Shown in pieces: positions 29,671 to 43,066 of a stretch of 64,000 bases of DNA (position 1 is the stretch's first letter; every line of letters begins with the position of its first letter). The stretch comes from Octopus vulgaris. Lineage: Eukaryota. Location: assembly GCA_951406725.2 (NCBI GenBank), contig OX597822.1, positions 39,804,001 to 39,868,000 on the forward strand, in the 5' to 3' direction. A program made the translations under genes and the position numbers. The notes under the pieces were generated by a model. The model did not search any database. It saw only the letters and a list, made by a program, of their open reading frames with translations, and had not been told where the DNA came from.

Positions 29671-31457
29671 CGAAGTTGTCTGTGTAGAAAAACAGATAGA
29701 AAAACAGGTGATGGGAGTATATGCATATTTCAGAAACTATTGCTCTTTCTTCAGGGCAACATCCAACTCATTTACCATCCACGACCACATTGCTTAAATA
29801 ACCACTAAGTTTAGCGGTGTAACACTATCGGATAGACCACTTTGCATATGAAATACGTTTCTAGCAACTGGCATGTAAATATTAACAGGCACACCGTATT
29901 TCGTTTTTGCAATCATAATATGATACCAAATTGCCAAATATATCACACCTTTAATAAACCTTTAATATACTTGGTAGTATATATACTTATGGTTGTGAAA
30001 TGAAATACGGTGTCCCTACCAGAAATTGATAAAAATAGCACGCAAAGAAAATATGAACACGCCTCAAAAAAATATCAAACTTCATGTTGTCATAGTTTTA
30101 AATCCTTTCGTCCGTCAGACGTCTGTAGATTAATAAGGAAGTCTCAAAATACATACGGAAAGAAACAAAAATCATGAAACCAAAAAAAAAAAAAGAAAAA
30201 GACTTAATGCCTAACAAAATCGCAGACATATACCAGAAACCTCAAGGCCCTTAAACAACCACCATACTCACAATTACGCATATCAATTGTCGTTTAACAG
30301 AATCAACAATTGTAAAATCAGGCAAAAACCCAAATGAAGTCCCATCATACAGAGCAGTGACCCTTTTGACCTCACCCTCAACATCAAGCACAACAGTCGT
30401 GACCCGTCTTACTTCACCTTCATCATTCATAACAGTGACCCTTCTAACTTTACCCTCAACAATTTAGAAAGGCTCATCCTTGACTTCACTGTTCCATACA
30501 CCCACTTTCTTAATCAAAACACGGCGATAGACCCCTACAGTCTTATAAAACATTACTTACGAATATAACACTGGAGACATGTAACAACACCAACAGGCAA
30601 AATGTTGTCTGGCAAGCTACCTTGTCAGATCGGCGAGCTTATGAAGTACAGAAGAACAGTACTGCTGAAATTTTCAATGTCTCGAATGGACTATCGCTGA
30701 GGTACATCTGCCCTTTCACGCACGGTTTCACCCTGTATCTTGACGGCCGTCCAATACCTTCAGAAAACATAGAGTCAGCATTATAGAGTCAGTCTCATAG
30801 AGTCACACTGACATAATACCATACAACGCAACACTACTGACTCTATTTTCCTTTATCCGTGCATGCAAAATATACTCAACACCGTCTTAACGCAAAATAA
30901 GGTCTGGCAAGCTACCTTGTCAGGTCACCGAGCGTATGAAGTATAGAAGAACAATACTGCTGGAATTTGCAATGTCACGAACTTGGTAGTATATATACTT
31001 ATGGTTGTGAAATAAAATACGGTGTTCCTACCAGAAATTGATAAAAATAGCACGCAAAGAAAATATGAACACGCCTCCAAAAAAATATCAACTTCATGTT
31101 GTCATAGTTTTAAATCCTTTCGTCCGTCAGACGTCTGTAGATTAATAAGGAAGTCTCAAAATATTTACATGCCAGTTGCTAGAAACGTATTTCATATGCA
31201 AAGTGGTCTATCCGATAGTGTTACACCGCTAAACTTAGTGGTTATTTAAGCAATGTGGTCGTGGATGGTAAATGAGTTGGATGTTGCACTGAAGAAAGAG
31301 CAATAATTTCTGAAATATGCATATACACCCATCACCTGTTTTTCTATCTGTTTTTCTACACAGACAACTTCGCTCTCTCACCCACGGTTTTTCACCCTAT
31401 ACCTAGACGGCTGTCCCATACCGTCAGAAAATATAGTCAGTCTCATAGAGTCACTCT
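29671..31457. repeat. Patchwork of local inverted and direct duplications
   Basis: 29671-29883 inverted at 31160-31372. 29969-30151 repeated at 30981-31163, 30607-30686 at 30902-30981 and 30721-30809 at 31383-31457. Confidence 0.92.
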
Positions 31458-31642
31458 CGCATAAGGAAGATATCCCACTCACATCGTTCCATCTACATTC
31501 CAAAGATTCAAGCACAGTTACTTCAACACTGGTACTGACAAAGGAGTGAGAACCTTTCAAACTTAAGAAAGAGTTCAGTTTGAAATTTTGAAAATCCTGT
31601 CGAAAATGGCCAGTACTGGGCGAGACCGAAGATTACAATATA

Positions 31643-31878
31643 TATTTCTTTATTGCCCACAAGGGGCTAAACACAGAGAGGACAAACAAGGACAGACCAG
31701 ACAAAGGGATTAAATCGATTATATCGACCCCAGTGTGTAACTGGTACTTTATTTATCGACCCCGAAAAGATGAAAGGCAAAGTCGACCTCGGCGGAATTT
31801 GAACTCAGAACGTAACGACAGACGAAATACGGCTACGCATTTCGCCCGACGTGCTAACGTTTCTGCCAGCTCGCCGCC
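31643..31878 (-). mobile_element. SINE family B monomer
   Basis: Head, core and tail 1. Confidence 0.9.
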
Positions 31879-32544
31879 CAAAAACGTTGTAAATATAAGA
31901 ATTAAACTGACAGTTATATCTTTTTTTTTATTCTTTTTTCTTTTACTTGTTTCAGTCATTTGACTGCGGCCATGCTGGAGCGGTGCATGGAATTCTGTAC
32001 ATATTATCCTTGCGTTTTACTTGTTTCGGTCATTGGACTGTGACCATGTTGAGGAACGGCCTGGAAAGATTTAATCAACCAAATCGAGTTTCTGGTTCTA
32101 TTCTTTATACAGGTTACTTATTGTACCGGTTTTCATTGTTGTCGACCCGCTATATTATGGGGACGTAAAGAAATCAACACTGGTTCTCAAACGGTGGTAG
32201 ATAGGAACAAACACAACGTGTGTGTGTGAGTGTGTGTGTGTGTATGAGTCTGTGTGTGTGCGTGTGTGTGTAGAATAAGTGATGTGGTGCACAGATATTA
32301 AGCAACTGTATTTTCAACCGAGTTCTTCTAAGGGAAACAACTCTTATAAAAGTTTCCGCAGTTATCTCCCATACAGAGTAGTAGCTGTTTGTTTTGAAAT
32401 TGCACTTGAGAGATTTATAACTGAAACGACTTAGAAATATGCCAGCGCATACGCCCACACACGCACGCACGCACGCACGCACGCACGCACATAATGCACA
32501 CAAGCATATATGTATGTATGTATGTACGTATGTATGTGTGTGTG

Positions 32545-32581
<37 letters not shown>

Positions 32582-32584
32582 CCT

Positions 32585-32778
32585 CTTTACTCTCTCTTTT
32601 ACTTGTTTCAGTCATTTGACTGCGGCCATGCTGGAGCACCGCCTTTAATCGAGCAACTCGACCCCGGGAATTATTCTTTTGTAAGCCCAGTACTTATTCT
32701 ATCAGTCTCTTTTGCCGAACCGCTAAGTAACGGGGACATAAACACACCAGCATCGGTTGTCAAGCAATGCTATGAGAA

Positions 32779-32848
<70 letters not shown>

Positions 32849-33008
32849 CATACATACGACGGGCTTCTTTCAGTTTCCGTCTACCAAATCCACTCACAAG
32901 GCTTTGGTCGGCCCGAGGCTATAGTAGAAGACACTTGCCCAAGGTGCCACGCAGTGGGACTGAACCCGGAACAATGTGGCTGGTAAACAAGCTACTAACC
33001 ACAGCCAC
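32585..33008 (-). mobile_element. SINE family A, full length
   Basis: Near-consensus head, (CA)n(TA)n interior and tail. Confidence 0.93.
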
Positions 33009-33226
33009 ATATATATATATATGTATAGTCGCAGGAGTGGCTGTGTGGTATGTTGCTTGCTTACCGTTGTCGAGTTGGAATTGTTGTTTATTGCTGAACG
33101 TTGTTGAACTTTGAAAACTTTTGTGCTTTTTTCCCGGTGACGGGAAAAAGTAATTGTTGAAATATTAGAATTATTAATATTTTTAACATTGAACTTATCA
33201 ATATTATTGATATTGAACTTATTAAA

Positions 33227-33615
33227 GCCGTTGTAGGCTTTATTATCGTGCCCCACCCCACAGCGGGGGCGGGATTTGAACTGTTATCCACATTAAGAGG
33301 GAACAAATATTATAGGTTTCCCGTTTTTTGGGGATAAGCAATTTATTATTGCGTAAAAAATTAAATGTTAGCCGTTGTATGCTCTATTGTTGCATCCGCC
33401 CCTAGCGTGGGTGAGATTTGAACTGTTGTCTTCGTTCTGAGGAAAAAAAAAATATATTATAGGTTTCCCGTTTTGGGGATACTATATATTTATTACTGTG
33501 TGAAAAATTTAATTTCGAACGTTGTAGGCTTTGTTGCTACGTCTCGCCCCCCAGCGGGGGTGAGATTTGAACTGTGGGATTTGAAAGTAAAAAATTATAG
33601 GTTTCCCATTTTTTT
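33227..33615 (+). repeat. Tandem repeat of ~145 bp, about 2.7 diverged units
   Basis: Each unit begins cgttgta and contains gatttgaactgt and ttataggtttccc. Units start near 33227, 33371 and 33518. Upstream hairpin ttttcccg gtga cgggaaaa. Confidence 0.85.
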
Positions 33616-33694
33616 TTAATGTGCCAGGGACCGGTAATATTTGTTACTAATATTAATTTATACTGGAAACAATATATAGAATGAATATAATAAA

Positions 33695-34055
33695 ACTCTC
33701 TTTTACTTGTTTCAGTCATTTGAGCAAATCGAACCAAGATTTTTTCTTTGTAAGCCCGGTACTTATTCTATCGGCATTTGTGCCGAACCGCTAAGTGATG
33801 GGGACGTAAACACACCAGCATCGGTTGTCAAGCGATGTTGGGATGACAAAAGCAGACACACAAACACACACATATATATATACATATATACGACGGGATT
33901 CTTTCAGTTTCCGTCTACCAAATTCACTCACAAAGCTTTGGTCGACCCGAAGCTATACAAGAAGACACTTGCCCAAAGTGCAACGCAGTGGGACTTAACC
34001 CGAAACCATGTGGCTGGTAAGCAAGCTACTTACCCCACAGCCATTCCTACGCCTA
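33695..34055 (-). mobile_element. SINE family A
   Basis: Family A match. Confidence 0.88.
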
Positions 34056-34094
34056 TTTTTTGACAATTTTTAAAATCCTATATTTATTTTGTAA

Positions 34095-34254
34095 GGCTGT
34101 ATGGTAAGTAACTTGCTTACCAACCACATGGTTCCGGGTTCAGTCACACTGCGTGGCATCTTGGGTAAGTGTCTTCTACTATAGCCTCGGGCCGACCAAA
34201 GCCTTGTGAATGGATTTGGTAGACGGAAACTGAAAGAAGCCCGTCGTATATATG

Positions 34255-34289
<35 letters not shown>

Positions 34290-34500
34290 TTGTGTGTCTG
34301 TGTTTGTCCCCCTAGCATTGCTTGACAACCGATGCTGGTGTGTTTACGTCCCCGTAACTTAGCGGTTCGGCAAAGAGACCGATAGAATAAGTACTGGGTT
34401 TACAAGGAATAAGTCCCGGGGTCGATTTGCTCGACTAAAAGCGGTGCTCCAGCATGGCCGCAGTCAAATGACTGAAACAAGTAAAAGAGTAAAGAGTAAA
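34095..34500 (+). mobile_element. SINE family A nested in a hAT-like element (34060-34601)
   Basis: Near-consensus SINE. The flanks join to match 16195-16310, and the host ends actttgagtagcactg. Confidence 0.9.
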
Positions 34501-34717
34501 TAATACAATATTACATAAGCATTTTTATAATGTTTCTTTCTTTTCTGGAAACTCGTCGTGTACCGGCGCCGTTCTGTGGACCACCACTTTGAGTAGCACT
34601 GCTGTAGTTAACGCACATGAATGAAGACCTATACACAAACGAGGACCAGAATCGTTCGAAAAGTGCCGATATAAACATAAATATATATCTACATGAACAT
34701 ATATACATACATACATC

Positions 34718-34921
34718 TCTTATTCTTTACTCTTTTATTTGTTTCAGTCATTTGACCGCCGCCATGCTGGAGCACCGCCTTTAGCCGAACAAATCACCCC
34801 CAGGACTTATTCTTTGTAAACTTAGTACTTATTCTATTCTATCGGTCTTTTTCACCGAACCGCTAAATTACGGGGACGTAAGCACACCAGAATCGGTTAT
34901 CAATGTGCGGGGGGGGGGACG

Positions 34922-35006
<85 letters not shown>

Positions 35007-35175
35007 ATATACGACGGGCTTTTTTCAGTTTCAATCTACCAAATCGACTCACAAGATTTTGATCGGTCCGAGGCTATGGTTGAAGACACTTGCCCAAAAT
35101 GCTATGCAGTGGGACTGATTCCGGAATCATGTGGTTTGTAGCAAGCTACTTACCATACAGCGACTCCTGCGCCTA
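34718..35175 (-). mobile_element. SINE family A
   Basis: Family A match with long internal (CA)n. Confidence 0.9.
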
Positions 35176-35189
35176 TGTATGTGTGTGTG

Positions 35190-35243
<54 letters not shown>

Positions 35244-35289
35244 CGTCACGAAATATGACTAGGGTGTTAGAAACACATACACAGCTAGA

Positions 35290-35480
35290 AATACAACCGA
35301 TGTTGGTGTGTTTATGCCCTCCCCGTAACTTAGCAGTTCGGTAAAAGAAAACGATAGAATTAATATCAAGCTTACAAAGAATAAATATCAAGCTTACTGG
35401 GGTCGATTAGTTCGACTTAAAGGTGGTGTTCCAGCATGGCCGCAGTCAACTGACTGAAGCAAGTAAAAGAATAAAAGAAT
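35290..35480 (+). mobile_element. SINE family A, 3' half
   Basis: caaccgatgttggtgtg...ccagcatggccgcagtcaactgactgaa. Confidence 0.85.
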
Positions 35481-35515
35481 AAAAAAATATACACACACGC
35501 ACACACATATATGTA

Positions 35516-35563
<48 letters not shown>

Positions 35564-35704
35564 ACAATTGCAGCGTGGAAGGTGTTTATAAGCCATTTAA
35601 GAAACACAAAAACCGTTAGGTTCACTTCAACATTTAAATTTAATTCGCCAAAATATTTTCGCCACTTTGAGACCTCGACCTGTTCACTGACAAGCACAGA
35701 ATTT

Positions 35705-35955
35705 TGTCAGTTCTCGGGGAGATTCAGTGACAAGGCTTGGTTTGGAAATACAGGTACAATAGAAACAAGAAGAAAGAGTAAGAGAAAATTGTGGTGAAAG
35801 AGCACAGCAAGGTTCGCCACCACCCCCTGAAGTAACCTCGTGGAGCTTTAGTTGTTTTCACTCAATAAACACTCATAACGCCCGGTCTGGGAATCGAAAA
35901 CGCAATCCTACGACCTCGAGTCCGCTGCGCTAACCACTGAGCCATTGCGCCTCCA
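35705..35955 (-). mobile_element. SINE family C
   Basis: tRNA-like head at 35880-35955 (-). Confidence 0.85.
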
Positions 35956-36548
35956 ACTGAACTAATGTAGATTACAAGAAACATGTATGTAGATCACATA
36001 CATCAGCACTCAACTTTCATCATTATATTTCATTTTCTGTTAGTGTGCTCTCTTTCATTGTTTATGCCAACGTTACTGAAATCCACTGAAAGGATTATAT
36101 CCTGTTTCACTCCATCTAAATCAGTCGTGAATTAATTTAAATCATAAAAGTCGATGCGGAACATTCATTAACGGAAATGTCATTCTGAAAAATACTGTCA
36201 AGGGAAATAATTCTTAATAATTGTTTTAGGAGTACTCTCCCCTGATCATTTCTTTTTGGCCTTTGTATTAATATATTTAGTTCCGTTTTATAGATTTTGT
36301 ATATATAATTTTCTGTTTTTCTTTATCCTTTCACTTATTTCAGCTGTTACACCGCAGCCATGCTGGAGCACCGCCTTGTCGAATTTTAGTCGAATGGATC
36401 GATCCTAATTCTTATTTTTTAAAACCTACCTGACGCTTATGGTATTAATCAATCTTGCAGAATCGCTAGGTTACGGGTACATAAAAAACGAACACCAATC
36501 GGTGGTGGAGGACAAACACAGACGCACGCACACACACACACACGTTTC

Positions 36549-36607
<59 letters not shown>

Positions 36608-36610
36608 GTC

Positions 36611-36738
<128 letters not shown>

Positions 36739-36744
36739 CTCATT

Positions 36745-37146
36745 ACTCTTTTACTTGTTTCAGTCATTTGACTGCGGCCATGCTGGAGCACCGCCTTTAG
36801 TCGAGCAAATCGACCCCGGGACTTATTCTTTGTAAGCCCACTACTTATTCTATCGGTCTCTTTTGCCGAACCGCTAAGTTACGGGGACGTAAACACACCA
36901 GCATCGGTTGTCAAGCAATGCTAGGGGGACAAACACACACACAAACACACACAAACACACACACACACATACATATATACATATATACGACAGGCTTCTT
37001 TCAGTTTCCGTCTACCAAATCCACTCACAAGGCATTGGTCGGCCCGGGGCTATAGCAGAAGACACTTGCCCAAGATGCCACGCAGTGGGACTGAACCCGG
37101 AACCATGTGGTTGGTTAGCAAGCTACTTACCACACAGCCACTCCTA
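36745..37146 (-). mobile_element. SINE family A, full length, near consensus
   Basis: Family A match. Confidence 0.93.
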
Positions 37147-37159
37147 TATATTTTTTCCC

Positions 37160-38500
37160 CTAGTTTCAGCTCAGAGCTGCGGCCATGCTGATGCACCGCC
37201 GTTTTGTGCTACACTGTTATTGCGAAGAACCTCGTCTAATATGTGGCACTTGGTGAAGAATGGAGTTTGATATAGCTACTCTCATTTGCACCACTTGCCG
37301 TGAGGTAGGTTCATCTGGGACTTTCGACAGGAAGATGTCCAGCTTTGATTTAAAAACCGCTACATCTACTTTGTGCAAGTTCCTCAGACTCTTTGGGAGA
37401 ATATTAAAAAGCTGTGGGCCCTTGAAACCCAGGCTGTTGCAGAAGCTGGTCGTGAAGCGTGATGGCATTGCTGGGATCTTTGGCACTATGCAGTGTCGTC
37501 CCGTTCTAGCATTGATGTAGCTTACAATGCCAAAATTTGGCACAATTCCTTCCAGGATCTTCCAGACATATACTACTGCATACCTCTCCCATCTTCTCTC
37601 CAGGGAGTAGAGTCTTAGCTATTTCAACCGTTCCCAGTAGCTGAGCTGTTGCAAAGAGACGATCTTCTTTGTGAATCGTCTCTGGATTGCTTCAAGGTCC
37701 GCTGTTAATTTTACACTGGTGGGTGACCATAGCTGTGAGCAGTAATCCAGGCGGCTGAGGATGAATGTCCGCCAGAGGACCATCATGGTTTCCTTATCTC
37801 TGGTTCTGAATGTTCTTAGGATCCACCCAGCCAGTCGTCTGCACTTTGTCGCCATCCTGATAATGTGCACTTGGAAAGAGGTATCATCACTCAAGTCGAT
37901 ACCCAGGTCCCTCACAGACTTAGGCTCTGGGATTGAAATTCCCTGTGGACCGGTGTATCCGGTAAGTTTAATATTCAGTTTTGGATGCTGGTAGCGCAGG
38001 GCCTGGAATTTTTCAGCATTAAACTGCATATTATTATCCTCAGCCCATCTGTAGATTGAGTCCAACTCCTGCTGCAGGTGTGCAACACCGCTGGGGTTCT
38101 GTATTTTCTGCGAGACTTTCGTATCGTCTGCATAGCTGGCCAGAGTGGCTATCCGGGTATTTGAGGGCATATCTGAAAGGGCCACTATAAAATGCAGTGG
38201 TCCCAAGACTGTGCCATGTGGAACACCGCTCACTATTTGTGTGTTCATAGAGGTGGCTCCATTAACCACTACTGCCTGGCTCCTATCTTTCAGGAAGTCA
38301 TGTAACCACACTCCAAGTTTTCCAGCTATGCCGAGATCACGCAGTTTGTGGCATATCATACCATGATCCACCTTGTCAAAAGCTTTTGCAAAATCAAGGT
38401 AGATTACGTCCACATTTGATTTGTTGGTTAACTGCTTCAACACCCAGTCATAATGTTGTAAGAGCTGGGTCAGGCAGCTCCTATCTGGTCGAAAACCATA
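37160..38500 (-). pseudogene. 5'-truncated CR1-clade LINE (RT domain to 3' end)
   Basis: [49 protein letters not shown] and LDYCSQLWSP. ORFs 37619-38443 and 37217-37543 share one frame separated by one TAG. Short 3' tail. Confidence 0.92.
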
Positions 38501-38515
38501 GATAGATAGATAGAT

Positions 38516-38623
<108 letters not shown>

Positions 38624-38641
38624 TGATAGATAGATAGATAC

Positions 38642-39010
38642 GGCGCGTGGAAGCGCAATGGTCCAGTGGTTAGGGCAGAGGACTCGCGGTCGCAGGATCG
38701 TGGTTTCGATTCCCAGACCGGTCGTTGTGAGTGTTTATTGAGCGAAAACACCTAAAGCTCCACGATGCTCCAGCAGAGACTGGTTACGAACCCTGCTGTA
38801 TTCTTTCACCGCAGCTTTCTCTCACTCTTCCTCCTTCTGTTGTACCTGTATTTCAAAGGCCATCCTTGTCACACTCTGTGTCACGCTGAATCCCTCTGCG
38901 AACTGCGTTAAGGGTACACGTGTCTGTGGAGTGCTCGTTAATTTCACGAGCTGGCTGTTCTGTTGATTTGATCAACTGAAACCCTCGTCGTCGTAACCGA
39001 CTGAGTGCCG
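38642..39010 (+). mobile_element. SINE family C, full length
   Basis: gcgcaatggtccagtggttagggcagaggactcgcggtcgcaggatcgtggtttcgattcccagacc head; ctcgtcgtcgtaaccgac tail. Confidence 0.9.
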
Positions 39011-40407
39011 TAGTATACACGACGGGCTTCTTTCTGTTTCCGTCTACCAAATCCACTCACAAAGTTTTGGTCGACCCGAGGCTATAATAGAAGACTCCTG
39101 TTCATGGTGCTACGCAGTGGGACTGCACCTGGAATCGTGTAGTTGGCAAGCAATAAACAGATCATCGAGTACGAAGAACATTTCGGCGTTTAGTTTCTCT
39201 CCTTTGCATTCTGAGATCAAATCCAGCAGATGTCGAACTTTCCTTTAGTGTTTCTCCCATGGCCGCTTGACAAGTACATCAACATCTAAAATCCAGGCAC
39301 CTACCTTTTGCGTAGCGGTCATTAAACACTTCTCAACGTGTATTGAATAGGATAATATATCCGCTACGCAAAGGCTAGGTGCTTGGATTTTAGAGATAAA
39401 TATCTGAATAATATTTGGTTTAACTTTCAACTAGTTTTTATTATTATCACTAGCTTAAAGTATCTTCGTTTTTATAGGACACGGTAATTTTCATACATAT
39501 ACACTTTCATACATACACATAAAGAATACTCTCTTTACTCTCTTTTACTCTCTTTTACTTGTTTCAGTCATTTGACTGTGGCCATGCTGGAGCACAGTAA
39601 TTTTCATATAATCTAAAACTCAATTAACAAGTGCATCTTCCATATTGACATCATGCGTGTATATGACAGAATTCTATTGATTAATGTAATTAAATTCAAT
39701 TTATTTTCATTCAATCTCTTTTAATACATAGGAGGTATAAATCCAACGGCTGTTTCTGGTGGCTCGGAGATTAGTCATAATATTCGTCGTAATCCGTCTG
39801 GGGCCTCGGAGATTCATCACAATATCTAAGCCGTAAGGGAAGCAGTCAACATTGAATAAATCAAGCCTCCGCCATCATTTTTTAAAATATTCCTATTTTG
39901 TTTTTCACACATTAACTTGTGTAGGTTGAACTATGTAAAATGTTAAAGAAAGAAATCTAGCTGCTTCTTGCAATACCGCGTTTCCCCGACAATAAGACCT
40001 AGCATGATTTTTCAGGTTGATTTTAATATAAGCTCTTCCCTTAAAATAAGCCCTAGTTGGGAACGACAGACAGACGAAAGAAATAAGTAGCCTCTTCATA
40101 TTGATTCAAACCGCTTTGTTGCGGAGTATACACTGTTCAAATTGTCTTTTTGGCGGCTAAAAATAACGACGTCACAAAATCTATCCTGGCATCTCTTTCG
40201 TAGCTCAAATATTTACAAGCAATACATCAATCGACAGCCCATTTTTCGGAGCTTTCAAATGTGTCGTGTAACAGTTTCATCAGTGGTCAGTAGATGCAAA
40301 AATCCAATAAAGTACACATTTTCTTTCAAGGCAAAAATCTCCCGGAAAACAACATAATGAAATTGAATGGGAAATCATTTGTCAGGTCATTTTCACCCCA
40401 AGACAAA

Positions 40408-41961
40408 ATGAATGCAAGAAGAAATAGTGATTCCATTGAGTACAAGAAAGGAATCGTGAAGGAATCACGGGGCAAGAATCTTACTGTTTATACTGTATTC
40501 AGCTGGCAGAAACGTTAGCATGCCGGGCGAAATGCTTAGCGGTATTTCGTCTGCCCCTACGTTCTGAGTTCAAATTCCGCCAAGGTCGACTTTGCCTTTC
40601 ATCCTTTTGGGGTCGATAAATTAAGTACCAGTTACGTACTGGGGTCGATGTAATCGACTTAATTCCTTTGTCTGTCCTTGTTTGCCCCCTCTATGTTTAG
40701 CCCCTTGTGGGCAATAAAGAAATAAGAATCTTACTGTTTTCTGTAAAGAAAAGAGTTTGAATTTCCGAATGGTTTGAAAATGGCGGGTAGACTACGATAA
40801 ACTCAGTCAACAAGTGGACGAGGAAAATACAAAGAAACGCAAGTGTGGATGATGTCGGCAACCACCATTTTCTGAGCTGGAAGACTCATCTGTGAATGGG
40901 TTGCTGACAATGAAGCAAAGGCTTTGGTTGTTCGCAGGACTGATTTTCAAGCATTTGCTCTTGCAAATACACCGCAGTTTGGTATATTTCCAGAAGAATT
41001 CAAGGCACCACAACCCTGGCTGGCTGGTTTCCTTCAGGGACATTAACTTTCTCTGAGAAGGCCGATAATACTGTTCAAGCTGGAAGATACCGAGATTATT
41101 AAACGTGCACTTGTATCTAAGTCTTTTGTTGATGGGATAGATTTTTCTAAATACCGTCTCTCCAACATGATTGCTATGGATGAAACTGCAGCGTTCACAG
41201 GCCAAGGATCTCAATCAACAGTTGATCAAAGGGGTGCGTCGCCAATCTACAATCCCACCACTGGTTACGAAAGTGCACGAATTACATATATTTTGGCAAT
41301 TCATCTCGTTGGAAGTAAAGCCCCACCTCTAATCATTGCTAAAGGCAGGAAGGATTAAATTGAACGCGTTTCGGGCACCTGTGTTCTGGAAATTGAAAAC
41401 GCATGGTGTACACAGGCAGTTTTATGGAAGGGGAATGATTTCATGCTGCTACTTATTTTTCAAGGAGGCCAAAGGGGTTTGATAGTCTGAAATTCAGCCA
41501 GCATGCACCGCACAAAGAAGAATAGATCAAATCATGATACCCGCAGAAAGAAGAATAGATCAAATCATGATACCCGCAGGAATGACTGCCTATCTTCAGA
41601 CTTTTGACATTGCAATAAATAAACCATTCAAGGACTATTTACGCAGGGTGAATCAATGACTACAAAAACAGAATGGCGAGAAATCAGTGTGAGAATTTTG
41701 TGAAACGCAGCCTCCAAGCGGTCGTGACTTAGGTGATAAAGTCATGGAACAAAATCACAGACAGCTGTGTTGCCAATGCACTACGAGCAGGCTATTTGTG
41801 CAAGAACTTCTCATTCAATAAGATCTCTGTTGCTTGACATGAGAGATTGGAGACAAAAGTTCTGCAGGGAAATGGAGTCACACCAAAACACCGCAGGAAT
41901 TTTGGAATCCGGTGATTCGCAAAACAATGACATTCCAGAGGACATTGACATGACTTTTTGA
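40408..41961 (+). pseudogene. pogo-family DDE transposase pseudogene
   Basis: MNARRNSDSIEYKK (N-terminal HTH start), IAMDETA, TGYESARIT...APPLIIAKG and IPAGMTAYLQTFDIAINKPFKD. Stops, frameshifts, a SINE insertion and a ~33 bp tandem duplication near 41514-41579. Confidence 0.85.
40500..40723 (+). mobile_element. SINE family B inside the transposase, 16 bp TSD
   Basis: aagaatcttactgttt at ~40474 and ~40724. Confidence 0.92.
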
Positions 41962-42101
41962 ATAAATTATTCTTAATGAGTTTCTGAGTAAAAGAACAAT
42001 TAAATCATCATGAAAAATGTAGGTCGTTTTTCGTAATTTCTGTTTATTTAGTAATTTCCTAATTTTCTATTTCGTAATGTCGTTTTTCGTAATGTGGTGA
42101 A

Positions 42102-42436
42102 GGCGCGTGGCTCAGTGGTTAGAGCGTCGAGCTTACGATCGTGAGGTTGTGAGTTCGAATCCCGGACCGGGCTGTGTGTTGTGTTCTTGAGCAAGACACT
42201 TTATTTCACGTTGCTCCAGTCTACTCAGCTGTAGAAATGAGTTGCGACGTTACAGATGCCAAGCTTTATCGGCCTTTGCCTTTCCCTTGGATAACATCAG
42301 TGGTGTGGAGAGGGGAGGCCGGTATATACATGGGCGACTGCTGGTCTCCCATAAACAATCTTGCCTGGACTTGCGCCTGCGAGGGTAACTTTCTAGGTGC
42401 AATCCCATGGTCAGTCATGACCGAAGGGGGTCTCAG
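42102..42436 (+). mobile_element. tRNA-headed SINE (family D-like head) inside the pogo element
   Basis: ggcgcgtggctcagtggttagagcg...gagttcgaatcccggacc with strong A/B boxes. gtaatgtcgtttttc is duplicated at ~42074 and ~42437. Confidence 0.88.
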
Positions 42437-43066
42437 TAATGTCGTTTTTCAGTGCATGAAAAAAAAAATGAACTCTCCTGAAACTAAGCACTAGTGCGTC
42501 ATTCCGGAGTGACAATTAATATATGTCTAGTCTTATTTTCGTGGAAACACGATACATACCAATAGATATATCTAAAGAAAGCTTTTTCAGGGGCCCTTAA
42601 AATACTATTGTGGATCTCAAATTTAATATTTTGTTACTTGAACCTCCCACCTCCAAATCTTATGTGGGTCCTCAGAGGCCGTATGGACCCCAGTTGAGAA
42701 CCATTAACATAGATGAAGCTATATTAGAACATTCGGATATACTTTGCCCTAATTTAATACATAGAACTCTCAGTTTCATCCTAGAACTAAGGTTAACACG
42801 AGGTCAGAGACAAAATAATTTTGTAACCACATTAGATCTCAAGATACCCCTTTCACTTTACTTTTATACCTTAAGGCAAAGGAGAGTAATGAAATAAGCT
42901 TGCCATGCATTAGTAATCTCAGTTCATTCGGACCACGCTTGTGGAAAAACCGTGAATAGCAGGAAGGTGCATAGTAGAATAGTGTGGATTGCATACACAA
43001 GTGCACATACTCTGTGTAGCAGAGACACGTGTCGGTCATTTTTAACTAACTAATCATGCTGTATTG

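Larger units (their letters stand above)
39976..42552 (+). mobile_element. pogo/Tc2-type DNA transposon, full span, decayed
   Basis: TIRs ccgcgtttccccgacaataagac / gtcttattttcgtggaaacacga with TA at 39974-75 and 42553-54. Encloses a transposase pseudogene. Confidence 0.88.

Noticed and set aside
42102-42173. tRNA gene
   Set aside because: A/B boxes are present but the acceptor stem is poor, and it continues into a SINE body bounded by a TSD. The same applies to family C and D heads.
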